64,000 nt of DNA from the IMG/VR virus record IMGVR_UViG_3300025121_000282, positions 248,001 to 312,000 of that record. One strand, 5' to 3'. Each line of letters opens with the position of its first letter. Positions within the stretch are counted from its first letter, which is position 1. Shown piece by piece: positions 45,042 to 54,977 of this stretch. Below the pieces are notes generated by a model, which saw only the letters and a list, made by a program, of their open reading frames with translations, made no database searches and was not told the origin of the DNA. A program made the position numbers and the translations under genes.

Positions 45042-45580
45042 AGAACCAGTATGTATTTTCTTTTGATGTAGAGAGTGTTGGGCTGTGGGGTCCATCTTTT
45101 GCTGTAGGCTGGGTGCTATTCTCACCTTTGGGTGCTGCCTTGTCATCTGGTATACTAGCCTATGACCCAAAGTTGTGTCCACCTACTTATTCTTTTGCAG
45201 ACGAGGAATGGGTTGCCACCAATATACCTCCACTTCCATATAAGTGTAATTCTTTATTTGAAGTGACATCTAAGTTCGAACAAACCTTACGAGAAGTGCA
45301 GTCGTTTGTATTAAATCAGAACCCATACGGATACATCTTGTATTTGGCTGATTGTCCACACCCGGTGGAGACAAACTTTTTACGAGAATGCCATCAACAC
45401 TTTCCAGTTACAAATACAATAATGCACCCTCTTGTTGACTTGGGGTCAATCAGACTAGCTAAGGGGTTAAATCCTACAAGTGTAGAGCCTAGACTGCCAC
45501 TTGAACTGCCCATCCACGACCCAAGGTGTGACGCTTTGCAGTCTGGGAGGCTATATTTTGAGGCTATGCGTCGGGGATAA
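45038..45580 (+). CDS. DEDDh 3'-5' exonuclease/exoribonuclease-like protein
   Basis: FSFDVESVGL (ExoI), ETNFL (ExoII-like), HDPRCDA (ExoIII); ATGA coupling. Confidence 0.75.
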   Translation: MKNQYVFSFDVESVGLWGPSFAVGWVLFSPLGAALSSGILAYDPKLCPPTYSFADEEWVATNIPPLPYKCNSLFEVTSKFEQTLREVQSFVLNQNPYGYILYLADCPHPVETNFLRECHQHFPVTNTIMHPLVDLGSIRLAKGLNPTSVEPRLPLELPIHDPRCDALQSGRLYFEAMRRG

Positions 45581-45584
45581 ACCA

Positions 45585-46043
45585 CTACTTGGGGAGCTTA
45601 CTTAACAAGTCTCCCACTTTTATACCACTATCGTCTTTAATTTTTACTACATAAACTTGTGGTTTTATGCTAATCACTTGAGACACATGCTTGTCTTCTA
45701 TACCGACTGGCAACGCAATGTCTACTTTGTTTCCATTGTCTGTAATAGTGATCTTTTCTTTGTCTCTTAGGGGATTTTTAGATAATTCTATTGGGTGCGT
45801 TTTGATTTCAACCCAATACTTGGCGTCAGGAGCACCCACAGGCACGGGTCTAACTGGTTCGGATTCTAAAATTATGTCTAGTGGGTCTGTGTAGTCTCGT
45901 ATTTTTAAAAGTTTCTTTATTATACCGCCAAAATTTAAAACGTCAGATTGACCTAATACCACACAAAACAGCGCCACAAGTACGAATAATACGAGTGGCG
46001 CTGCCATTACCAACCAGCGAGGTAGTCTTTTTAGTACTTCCAA
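45585..46043 (-). CDS. N-terminally membrane-anchored protein (possible lysis accessory)
   Basis: One TM helix at the N-terminus; close to the holin. Confidence 0.5.
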   Translation of the reverse strand: MEVLKRLPRWLVMAAPLVLFVLVALFCVVLGQSDVLNFGGIIKKLLKIRDYTDPLDIILESEPVRPVPVGAPDAKYWVEIKTHPIELSKNPLRDKEKITITDNGNKVDIALPVGIEDKHVSQVISIKPQVYVVKIKDDSGIKVGDLLSKLPK

Positions 46044-46044
46044 T

Positions 46045-46323
46045 TCACTTGATGCTGTTTAATACAGATGCAAGTTTATTTAGCGAAACATCAATGCTTG
46101 TGGGAACAGAGGCGATCTTGTACTTTTCAAGTAAAACCTTTTGTGCTGCCTCAAGTGTGTTCTCTGCATTTTCAACAGCACGATGCACGTTGCCCAAAAA
46201 GGAATCCCCTGCATTTCCCTTTTTAGCTTCCTCTAGTCCTAGCTTCAACGATTTTAGCTGAACTAGAATTTCAGAAACCTTGGCTTTGGCAGAATTGGGG
46301 GTGAGTGCTGTTTTGGTGCTCAT
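46045..46323 (-). CDS. Helical hypothetical protein
   Basis: 92 aa, ATGA-coupled to the holin. Confidence 0.55.
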   Translation of the reverse strand: MSTKTALTPNSAKAKVSEILVQLKSLKLGLEEAKKGNAGDSFLGNVHRAVENAENTLEAAQKVLLEKYKIASVPTSIDVSLNKLASVLNSIK

Positions 46324-46688
46324 TTGGCGCGAGCCTTATTTAACTGGGCTTCTATGACGGCTTCAAGGCTGTGTACGTGGCTGTCCACCCACTCATCCAT
46401 GCCGGCCTTCTTGGCCTCTTTCTTGACGTATTCGATGGCCTTCTGAAGCTTCTCTTCACTTGACGTAGGACTATCTACCTTCAACTTCTTGTGTGCGTAT
46501 TCTTCCGCACTGGAAATACCAGACTTTATTAGACCTAGAAGTCTAGACTCCATCTCAGAGTCTATCTGGATCTGGAACTTGGCCTCAATTACTTTAACCA
46601 GCTGGCGTCCCAAAACTGTTAAAACTCCTGCCACAATCATCACCACTACAGGAAGCAGGTTGTCCAGCATTATCTTTAGGTATTCCAT
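46320..46688 (-). CDS. Phage holin (LL-H-like, single N-terminal TM)
   Basis: TM followed by GISSAEE...EEKLQKAIEYV...IEAQL. Confidence 0.7.
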   Translation of the reverse strand: MEYLKIMLDNLLPVVVMIVAGVLTVLGRQLVKVIEAKFQIQIDSEMESRLLGLIKSGISSAEEYAHKKLKVDSPTSSEEKLQKAIEYVKKEAKKAGMDEWVDSHVHSLEAVIEAQLNKARAK

Positions 46689-46723
46689 TATTAACTCCTT
46701 TAACCAAATTTGGTATAAAAGTA

Positions 46724-49700
46724 TTAGGCCAACTGATTGTTTCGGTTTGGTAGAGCTACCAATGGATGCCCTTTGATACGGTACCTGTCCACAGCCGAAA
46801 ATCCTTCCCCAACACCGTTGTGCCCGATTCTGGAGTGTAAGTTCTTTAGTACAGAACTAGATACAGTATTATATTCTACGCTAGTAGACACCACAAGTTG
46901 GAGTTCACCACCCCGATGTATAACCACTCCGTCATGTTGTTCTTCTACTGTTCGCACCAAGCATGCAATACCTACTAGAACCGGGGATAACGAGTATGTT
47001 TCTTTCGGTGTTTCCAGCGTCGCTGCATCCACAGTTATGGGGCCATAATTACCATTTCTTCTGATCAAAGAACCAGTGTCACCTCTATAAGTACGAAATT
47101 GGGTACCCATGGTATCCGTATTTACACCCTTAGACAAGACCATGGTGGCCCCAAAACCCGGAACCATGACGGTCTGCGGGTCGCTAAAGTCAATACTGTC
47201 CCTGTCGGTTTGGGCTTGAGATGACACTATCCTGCTCAGCACATTTATTGCAAAATTAGACAACTTTCCATCAAATTTATAGTCTTGTCCCACAAAGTTC
47301 TTGTCTAAAAATAAACGACCCATGGGCAGTCTGGTTGTAGCCCCAGCGTACCTTGGGTGAATAAACGACCCATAATCACCTCCAGCCACCCCCACAAAAT
47401 TTATCGGCAAATCTTCACTCTGGATGTCATACTCATATGCAGAATCCAGAATCGACCATTTTTCTACTACGGTATTGCCGTTGAATCCAGCTATTCTTCC
47501 CGTGCCCAAGGTTGTAGCAAAACAAATAGAATCCATTACCTCAAACGACACAGGCTCAACCAAGTCTGTGTATGTGTCTGTTGTAGAGATAGCAGTACGA
47601 CCTGCTACCGAGATAGCACCTCTGCGGTCCACTTTGTCATACGTGCCAGTTATAGGGTCTCCTTGGTATGGCCTACGTGTGTAAGTGACAGCAATGTCTG
47701 CTTCTTTATTCCCAGCAGAGCCTCTAACCGGTCCAGGGGTGACTAGGTACACATCCCCGTTTTCCAAAAGTCTATCAGCCCACACATCACTATCCACAAC
47801 CCCACCCGGGGCGCCTTGTCTAACTACAAGCTTTTGACTTGTGGCATAACCCTCTGTGGACCCCACCAAGAATCCTCTGCTAAAACCGAAACAAGTAGCT
47901 TCCACTACATACTTACCAGAATCAAACGAAGCAATGGCATTTGGCGATCTAGTAATGTCTACCATCGATTCATCTAAAACGAAAGTCCCATCTTCCTCGG
48001 CATCAAGCCAGTACCAGAGCGGGACACCCTCACAGTCGTCCCTTAACAAGTTCACGGCTTTTCCTACGGTGCTACTAAGGGGCTCTCTTGTAGTCTCGTC
48101 TGTAGATGTTCCGTTGTCTCTAAAGTCTCCAACCTCGTATACCGCCCACAACCTAGCAATACCGTGGAATGTCGAGAACTGAATACCAGACCTACCCCAC
48201 GGAGTTTGGGAAGCAGTTACAACTCTGCACCCAATTCTCTTATTCTCTACGTCTACACCAACTTGTCTATTAAATCCCGTGGCTACAGGGACATCGTCGA
48301 CAGTATGAGTCATAAAAGTGACCCAAGTACTGCCTGAGGTGGCATAATCAAGGATGCCTGAGTTTACAGTTTGGCTGCTTCTAGCTTGCACAAAACAATT
48401 GATACCACCTGAATAAACAAAATTACCATCATTAGTGGGGTAGCGTGTGCCGTACTGTACCGGATACACCGGAACGTCAATTCCCACATACGGTTTGCTT
48501 GTGTGTATTATAGTCGGGAAAATACCGGGCGGAATCTCTATACTTCGAGTATTGTCCCAGATGCCAAGGGGGTCGTGTGCATCCTTGTTAGGAAAAGACC
48601 CCGTACTCGGGTCTTCAGTTATAGGCATTGTGGCATATGTTATTACCTGTAATGGGTATAACTTTATTTGCTGCCAGGGCGTAAGCATGAAGGTCTTTGA
48701 CCCGGGGTCCACATAACAAGCTGTCAGAGTGGGTTGGTCATTTTCATAATAATTGGTGTGTACACTATGGTGCATCTGTATAGGCTGAGTTTTAGTTATA
48801 ATGTTATTTCGGGGCAACAATAAATCTTTGTGCCCTTCCAATATTGATACACTTAGTATCTTTTCGGGTCTTCTACTTAAACCATGTCCCCCTGTAGTTA
48901 GGGTCGTGTACCTCAAGTAGCATCTGTAACTAGAATCAAATACGGCGTCCCCTGTGGGAGCAGGTGCACCACTGATATACACACACATGTCCTCATCATA
49001 GGCGAATGGGGAACTGCTCGATGGGCTTATTGGCGTATCTATTATGGCAGTGCTGGCATCAATGTTATAAGCTAATAGCGTGGCATCCGCTGAGGACCCA
49101 GTACCATAGTATGTGTTTTGTGTGTGCTCAGTTGTAAGCCCGTCTGTCCAAATGGACACTAGCTCTTCATTTACGCCCCTCCCCGGATATTGTCTACTAT
49201 CCGAAAGAGGAACTAGAGTGATGGGAGTTGGGCCTCCTGGAAACACAAACCTGTTTTGAGCACCCCCAACATTGTGTGGATATATACGAACTCTTATAAC
49301 GTCACCGTTGGAAAACTTATTTGCCACTGTTTGTTTTATGATATTTATGGCATGGGCATCTAACGTGTAATTTGAGTCTACTGCGCTAACATCGTCCCCT
49401 ACATTTACTATGGCAGTATGCGGCTTTAGGGCCACCACATGGTGTCGCCAGGGAGTTGCAGCATCGGACCAAACAGTACGCAAGCCATTGGCACTTTCCC
49501 CTATAGAATACGCACCCGGCATGTCTTGATCGTCATCAGAAAACCGGTCGGTAGACACTAACAGAGGGCCAACACAAGAAGAATCTTGTTGATCCATCTT
49601 CCAAGTGGAATCCAAATTTCCACCCATAAGATCCATAAAAGTACTTATCAATAAGTTGCGGTCGGTATTCGTGTTTACAGTATGTCTTAAGTCTAGTATG

Positions 49701-50938
49701 TCATCTTGGGTTATTTCGTCCGCAAATAAACCATCGGGTCTTACGCTGGTCCCTCTACCCGCCAACAGAGTTATTATTGCCCCCGTAGAGTGGGACCTTT
49801 TAACAGTATTTAACTCACCTCTAGTCACACCTACTAAGTACCCGTTGGAAATACTACTAAATGACAGGACTTCGTCATCGATTTTTATCAAACTGCTCCC
49901 AGAAGTAGGGATACCGGCTGAAGTAGTAGCAGTTAATTTTATATTGGTTACAGTGGTGCTGCTTATGTCACTAAATAGCGTAGCCACGTCAGTTATTGTT
50001 GTAGCACCCGAGGCAGAGTTTATGGTGGGTATTCTATTTATACTGTGATTTTTAGCGTCATCTAGTACAGAGTACCCACCATTTACTTTCCTAAAAACTG
50101 CACATATAGGTATTGCTTTCACCCAACCGTCAGCAGTCCCAAGCCCATTGGTTGGGTCTGCTCCCACTTCTACATCGAGCACATTGTTTACGGGGGCATC
50201 CCCGCTCCAACCAGCCAGCCAAAGCCCGTGGTCAGACGGAGACATGTAATACCTAGAGTTTTCTAGAGGGGAAGACAAATTTGCTTGTGCTAGTACTAAA
50301 CTATTCAAAAAACCATCTGGGTTATTTAAAAGGGCTAGTTTGTTTACGGACACCACTCTGATTCTGTATTGTAGCTGGACTCTTTTAGTAGTTTGTGCGC
50401 CGTACGTACTGTCTTTGGTATAATCCGTTAAATTCGTCCCACCAAACAACACGTTACCATACTTCCACATAGTGGAGGAGGATGGTTTGTTTGACGTAGA
50501 CGGTGTAGGGGACACCAGTGCCCTCCACACTTCCAAAAACACAAGGTCTATTCTGGTATCGTCCGAAGGTGGGGGCGGAAGTTTAATCCAGTTTAAAAAA
50601 TTCCCACTAACCGGGTTATCAGTACCAGCGATGGGTATGACATACCCATCTATTATAGCGGTTAGTGGTCTGTCCTCAAACCCAAAAGTAAACTGATTTA
50701 CATACGACTTATTTGTGTTGTAAACTCCAGGAGACGTAGAGTCGCAGGCCCATCCTGAGGCAGGAAATGTGGCCTTGACCAATGCCCGGTTATGATCCAG
50801 AGCACTTTGAGCAACTAAATTGAGTTCTGAATCCAGTGGTGCTTTGTACTTTTGAAATACAACATCTGTTATTTGATAGTTGTCTGACGGAACAACTCTT
50901 GAAACAACACCACCCAGGCTATTTATTGTGTCGGCCAT
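46724..50938 (-). CDS. Large tail-fibre/baseplate-type virion protein
   Basis: 1404 aa, beta-rich; shares FLEVWRA, KYGNV, RVQLQYRIRV, AIPICAVFR and RPDGLF blocks with 51698..54247. Confidence 0.7.
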   Translation of the reverse strand: MADTINSLGGVVSRVVPSDNYQITDVVFQKYKAPLDSELNLVAQSALDHNRALVKATFPASGWACDSTSPGVYNTNKSYVNQFTFGFEDRPLTAIIDGYVIPIAGTDNPVSGNFLNWIKLPPPPSDDTRIDLVFLEVWRALVSPTPSTSNKPSSSTMWKYGNVLFGGTNLTDYTKDSTYGAQTTKRVQLQYRIRVVSVNKLALLNNPDGFLNSLVLAQANLSSPLENSRYYMSPSDHGLWLAGWSGDAPVNNVLDVEVGADPTNGLGTADGWVKAIPICAVFRKVNGGYSVLDDAKNHSINRIPTINSASGATTITDVATLFSDISSTTVTNIKLTATTSAGIPTSGSSLIKIDDEVLSFSSISNGYLVGVTRGELNTVKRSHSTGAIITLLAGRGTSVRPDGLFADEITQDDILDLRHTVNTNTDRNLLISTFMDLMGGNLDSTWKMDQQDSSCVGPLLVSTDRFSDDDQDMPGAYSIGESANGLRTVWSDAATPWRHHVVALKPHTAIVNVGDDVSAVDSNYTLDAHAINIIKQTVANKFSNGDVIRVRIYPHNVGGAQNRFVFPGGPTPITLVPLSDSRQYPGRGVNEELVSIWTDGLTTEHTQNTYYGTGSSADATLLAYNIDASTAIIDTPISPSSSSPFAYDEDMCVYISGAPAPTGDAVFDSSYRCYLRYTTLTTGGHGLSRRPEKILSVSILEGHKDLLLPRNNIITKTQPIQMHHSVHTNYYENDQPTLTACYVDPGSKTFMLTPWQQIKLYPLQVITYATMPITEDPSTGSFPNKDAHDPLGIWDNTRSIEIPPGIFPTIIHTSKPYVGIDVPVYPVQYGTRYPTNDGNFVYSGGINCFVQARSSQTVNSGILDYATSGSTWVTFMTHTVDDVPVATGFNRQVGVDVENKRIGCRVVTASQTPWGRSGIQFSTFHGIARLWAVYEVGDFRDNGTSTDETTREPLSSTVGKAVNLLRDDCEGVPLWYWLDAEEDGTFVLDESMVDITRSPNAIASFDSGKYVVEATCFGFSRGFLVGSTEGYATSQKLVVRQGAPGGVVDSDVWADRLLENGDVYLVTPGPVRGSAGNKEADIAVTYTRRPYQGDPITGTYDKVDRRGAISVAGRTAISTTDTYTDLVEPVSFEVMDSICFATTLGTGRIAGFNGNTVVEKWSILDSAYEYDIQSEDLPINFVGVAGGDYGSFIHPRYAGATTRLPMGRLFLDKNFVGQDYKFDGKLSNFAINVLSRIVSSQAQTDRDSIDFSDPQTVMVPGFGATMVLSKGVNTDTMGTQFRTYRGDTGSLIRRNGNYGPITVDAATLETPKETYSLSPVLVGIACLVRTVEEQHDGVVIHRGGELQLVVSTSVEYNTVSSSVLKNLHSRIGHNGVGEGFSAVDRYRIKGHPLVALPNRNNQLA

Positions 50939-50959
50939 GTGTTACACCGCAGTCAAGTG

Positions 50960-51688
50960 TTACTGAGCAACTAAACAAAACCAATTAAGGTCTATGTCCC
51001 TAGATGTGTTGTTTTCTATCTTTATCACTAAACTAACGCCATCATTTTCCACTGGTATTGTCACCGGTACCCCAGAGCCACTTAAGGTGCTGTAACCAGC
51101 ACCACCATTCACCGAAACCCTTATTGTGCACCAATAGTCTGATGTCTGCGCAGTAAATTGGTGCCAAAACTTAACGGGACCAATATTTGATGTAGTATAT
51201 TCAGATATACTAGACCCACTTACAGAGTCCTTATTACTCTCACTTCTCACCCACCTACCCATGCAAAATAGTGGGGTTACCGTTCTTATGTCACCGCACT
51301 CAGACCACATAAACCCTCTAGCAGTAGTAACTAAAACACCACCTTGTCTTACGGTTATCGTACCACACTTTCCTATGTTTATCTTGGACGAGTTGCCCGT
51401 GTCCACGTCGCTAGAACTTAAAAACGGGTACATATACGTAGAAGCAGATCCTACGCTCCACCCGTAACGGGGGAGTGCCCAAGACCAAGTTGCTTTTCTG
51501 ATCTGGTCTATCAGCCCATCACTTACCACGGTATTTGGCTGAGTAAAGCCTAGTGTTAGGTCAGACTCATTAATCTCAATTTCGTCATGAACGGGTACTA
51601 CAAACGCACCATTCAATATAACTCCAGAAATGTCATCGGTGGCATACATCACACGCTGGGTAAATTGGTCTATTACGTAGTATCGCAT
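50960..51688 (-). CDS. Virion/fibre-associated hypothetical protein
   Basis: 242 aa, between two fibre-like paralogs. Confidence 0.55.
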   Translation of the reverse strand: MRYYVIDQFTQRVMYATDDISGVILNGAFVVPVHDEIEINESDLTLGFTQPNTVVSDGLIDQIRKATWSWALPRYGWSVGSASTYMYPFLSSSDVDTGNSSKINIGKCGTITVRQGGVLVTTARGFMWSECGDIRTVTPLFCMGRWVRSESNKDSVSGSSISEYTTSNIGPVKFWHQFTAQTSDYWCTIRVSVNGGAGYSTLSGSGVPVTIPVENDGVSLVIKIENNTSRDIDLNWFCLVAQ

Positions 51689-51697
51689 TTTGTTATC

Positions 51698-54247
51698 TCA
51701 GAGCCTTACCAATGGGTGCCCAATGGGTCTGTATATGCCTACACAAGACCATGAATCTGCCGCTGTATCCGGGTTAGTTATTTTGTTGTATTTATCGACA
51801 GACCATCCTGAAAAGACCAAGACCACTACGGTTCCCTTGGGACCCACTGTAGCGATGTCAGAATTTATAACACCGATCATGGTAAACCAATTTCGATGAT
51901 TTATAAAAGAACCCATATTGTGAGAGGCCACCACAGGCCGGATGGTTCTGTTGTCTATAAACTTGTAGTACACCCGGTCTTCTGCGTCAACACCTGTGTA
52001 CTGCGCGTCTAAGTCTATTTGAGACAAATCAGACTTAACAAGAACTGGCAGACTCGCTAGACCAGTATCAGTGGAAAAAGTCACTAGGTCCATGTCTATT
52101 GAACTGGTGAGTTCGTGGTCTCCATTCCAATTGCTAAGTTCGTCCACCACAACAGGTATGTGTTTACCCGGGTTGCGATATTGGTATGACATTCTCCAAC
52201 AGCTAGGTCCGTGAATAGAAGAATAGACTATTGGTGCTGTCTCAATGACGCGTATGGAAATGTTTTGTAACTGAAATGCAGCCCCTGGTATATTTCCTGG
52301 CACTGTCTGTGGCGCATTAGCTTCGTATGCCACCAACACTGAAGAATTGGCACTTGGGGAAAGTGGCCTTATGGGAGAATAAAGTATGTGTATCTGGTCA
52401 GCTGCAATGGGCTTGTCAGATGTAAAAGTAATCCTGCTGCCAGCACCATCTTCCACAAATGTCCAGTTATTTATGTCTGCAGCAGCCCCTATTGTAACAC
52501 TAAGCACGTCATAGATGCGGTCAGGCACTATAGCATAAACATCATCTCCCTGCACTATAGCACCGCAATTATAATTGGTAGACACTCTCTCGTATACTAG
52601 CTGAAAACCACTGCTGGCTACGTCAGCCTCAAAATAAGCAGACAAAAATGACTCAAAATAGTCTATACCATCTGGAACGTGGTATGTACCAATGTCACTT
52701 AAAAAGGTACTTTCCTGCGTGGCATAAAAGTGTGCCGCGTTACTTACGTACGTAAACAACGACCTATTAGCACTAAACATTTGACTTGGATTTCTTCTAA
52801 GTCCAAGACCAGCTGGGTATGACACTTCCAATAGCACTATTACTTCGTCCCCTGGACTGAAACCGCCAGCCAGTGGACCCACATTAAATGTTATGGTGCC
52901 AGTACCCAACCCGGTTATGGTGTAGTCTAGATCATTGCTTGTAAGGTCTTTCCAGTTAGCATACAAAACACCAGTAATTATGGCCCCGGCGCTCTGTGCG
53001 TTGGCCGGAAGTGCATACACCGCATCAGGGTCTACTGCCCAACTTTGACCGTCTAGGGTTATCCAGTAGTTTTCTATGGTGGGTTTGTCAGAAAACCTTC
53101 TACGTATGGAATCAAAATTACCTATTTTGTAGGCAAATGCGTTGTCTCCTGTGGACAACTCATCAATTCTAAGTGTTTTGATGCCGGTGGCACCGTCTGC
53201 AAATTGGGTGTCTTCCCATTGCGTGCAAAGGTTGCCATTTATAAGAGCTTCTTGCGTTAGGAGGTGGGCCCTGCTGGTAGAGGTAGAGGTGTGAGACCTC
53301 AAGTCCATAATGTCTTTAATATCAATTATGTTGTTAAACAGCCCGTCTGGTCTGTCACTAGTTCCGGGGCTGGCAACACCACCATTTTGGTTTGTACTTA
53401 CATTAAATGCTGCAGCATTTCTTCTAAAAATTGCACAGATGGGTATTGCATACACATACCCGTCTATAGACCCAAGGTCTGTTCTGCTTTGTGCATCTCC
53501 CGAGCCTGCTTGCCACAACCCAGGGTCCACACTGGATATGTTGCTAAATGTACGCGACCCCTCACCAGAATTGGCCCCGTGTGCGAATAATTCCGTCATC
53601 CCCAAAAACTTGGGGTTGGTTACCGGATCTTCAGGACCAAAACCAGAGATTGAGTACACACGAATTCTGTGCTGTATCTGTACCCTTACGGTAGACTCGG
53701 CATTCTGCTGTGGGTCTATTAAATCGTCGGATAAGTTTGACCCATGTGGAGACTCCACATTCCCGTATCTAAATATTTTGTCTGGTACTCCAGCCGACTT
53801 GTTGGTGGCTGTGCTGTCTATTTTTGCTCTCCACACTTCTAAAAATATAAAGTCTATACACTTATCACCAAGAAATTCAGACGGCTCAGGTAGGGTTACG
53901 TTTCTAGTCTCTCCCAGTGGGACAACAACTATTTCCCACCCATTCACTTCTGCCCTTATACCCTGTGCTCTTCCATCCAGTGTTATCGTATTTGCAGTGG
54001 CTGTATAACTACTTCCTAGTATGTCACCGGTTGTGTCGTTACTATGGCACGGATGCATTACAATAAACCCGGATGGGCGTATACTGGCTCTAATGCCTGC
54101 CATACCGTAAGACGATAGGTCACTGTCTAGATTGTGCTCAGAGTCTAAAAATATCTTGCCAGTTTGTCCAACAACACCCTCCCAAGAATACCCGCGGGGG
54201 TCTAGCCATCTAGTAACTGAAGCACCGTAGTTTTTTTCACCAGCCAT
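51698..54247 (-). CDS. Tail-fibre/baseplate-type virion protein (paralog of 46724..50938)
   Basis: 849 aa; shares the N-terminal blocks listed above and a C-terminal YRxxGHPLV motif. Confidence 0.7.
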   Translation of the reverse strand: MAGEKNYGASVTRWLDPRGYSWEGVVGQTGKIFLDSEHNLDSDLSSYGMAGIRASIRPSGFIVMHPCHSNDTTGDILGSSYTATANTITLDGRAQGIRAEVNGWEIVVVPLGETRNVTLPEPSEFLGDKCIDFIFLEVWRAKIDSTATNKSAGVPDKIFRYGNVESPHGSNLSDDLIDPQQNAESTVRVQIQHRIRVYSISGFGPEDPVTNPKFLGMTELFAHGANSGEGSRTFSNISSVDPGLWQAGSGDAQSRTDLGSIDGYVYAIPICAIFRRNAAAFNVSTNQNGGVASPGTSDRPDGLFNNIIDIKDIMDLRSHTSTSTSRAHLLTQEALINGNLCTQWEDTQFADGATGIKTLRIDELSTGDNAFAYKIGNFDSIRRRFSDKPTIENYWITLDGQSWAVDPDAVYALPANAQSAGAIITGVLYANWKDLTSNDLDYTITGLGTGTITFNVGPLAGGFSPGDEVIVLLEVSYPAGLGLRRNPSQMFSANRSLFTYVSNAAHFYATQESTFLSDIGTYHVPDGIDYFESFLSAYFEADVASSGFQLVYERVSTNYNCGAIVQGDDVYAIVPDRIYDVLSVTIGAAADINNWTFVEDGAGSRITFTSDKPIAADQIHILYSPIRPLSPSANSSVLVAYEANAPQTVPGNIPGAAFQLQNISIRVIETAPIVYSSIHGPSCWRMSYQYRNPGKHIPVVVDELSNWNGDHELTSSIDMDLVTFSTDTGLASLPVLVKSDLSQIDLDAQYTGVDAEDRVYYKFIDNRTIRPVVASHNMGSFINHRNWFTMIGVINSDIATVGPKGTVVVLVFSGWSVDKYNKITNPDTAADSWSCVGIYRPIGHPLVRL

Positions 54248-54329
54248 ATTGCCTCAGACTACCATCCAGGGATTTACACTACTCACCCATACAAAATTAC
54301 TACCACAACATGTACTTTACAGTTGAAAG

Positions 54330-54977
54330 TTATGTGGATGTGTACTTTTTGGTGAAATACGATGTGGCGTGGGCGTTTAGATACGACCTGAAGAGTCTGT
54401 TGGGAATGCCTGCTTGTTTTGCAGTCTCCATTACATCAGAGTGTAAAGACTTCATTATACTGTAATTTATAGGGGACTTGATTTTAAATGAATGTTCCAT
54501 GTTTGGGTTGTGAGCATCACTTTCAGGACACGTACTTGGTAGTCGTTCGTGTACTGTATCCCCTCGATTTCGTATGTAATATTCCCACACACTTTGGGCT
54601 GGTCCAGTAACTCCATCTCGGTCTGGAATCACCCCCATACCATCTTCCTTGGCTACAGAAAGGGCTGTGTCATACAACAGTGGGCCATATCCCTTCTTAG
54701 CTGCTACAATGCTTATTTCGTAGTTGTAGCCGCACCCATCCGTAGCTAATTCCATACTTAAAATCCCAGTTATAGACTCTTTTAAAGTAGCAACAAAATT
54801 AGTCATCACATCCGGGTTTGTGTCTTTCTCTTTGCCGTATGTGTCTGCCGCGTTGTTAACTACCTGGGCGTCGTACATAATGAAGCTGTGGTCGCCCCCA
54901 TTATCGTTATGCTGAAGAGCCACATTGCTACTTGTGCTGTAGGCTACACATCGTAGTACTGCACTTAACTTGGTCAT
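54330..54977 (-). CDS. GNAT-like protein, paralog 1
   Basis: YEISIVAAKKGYGPLLYDTAL (acetyl-CoA motif A-like), VIPDRDGVTGPAQSVWEYY. Confidence 0.5.
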   Translation of the reverse strand: MTKLSAVLRCVAYSTSSNVALQHNDNGGDHSFIMYDAQVVNNAADTYGKEKDTNPDVMTNFVATLKESITGILSMELATDGCGYNYEISIVAAKKGYGPLLYDTALSVAKEDGMGVIPDRDGVTGPAQSVWEYYIRNRGDTVHERLPSTCPESDAHNPNMEHSFKIKSPINYSIMKSLHSDVMETAKQAGIPNRLFRSYLNAHATSYFTKKYTST

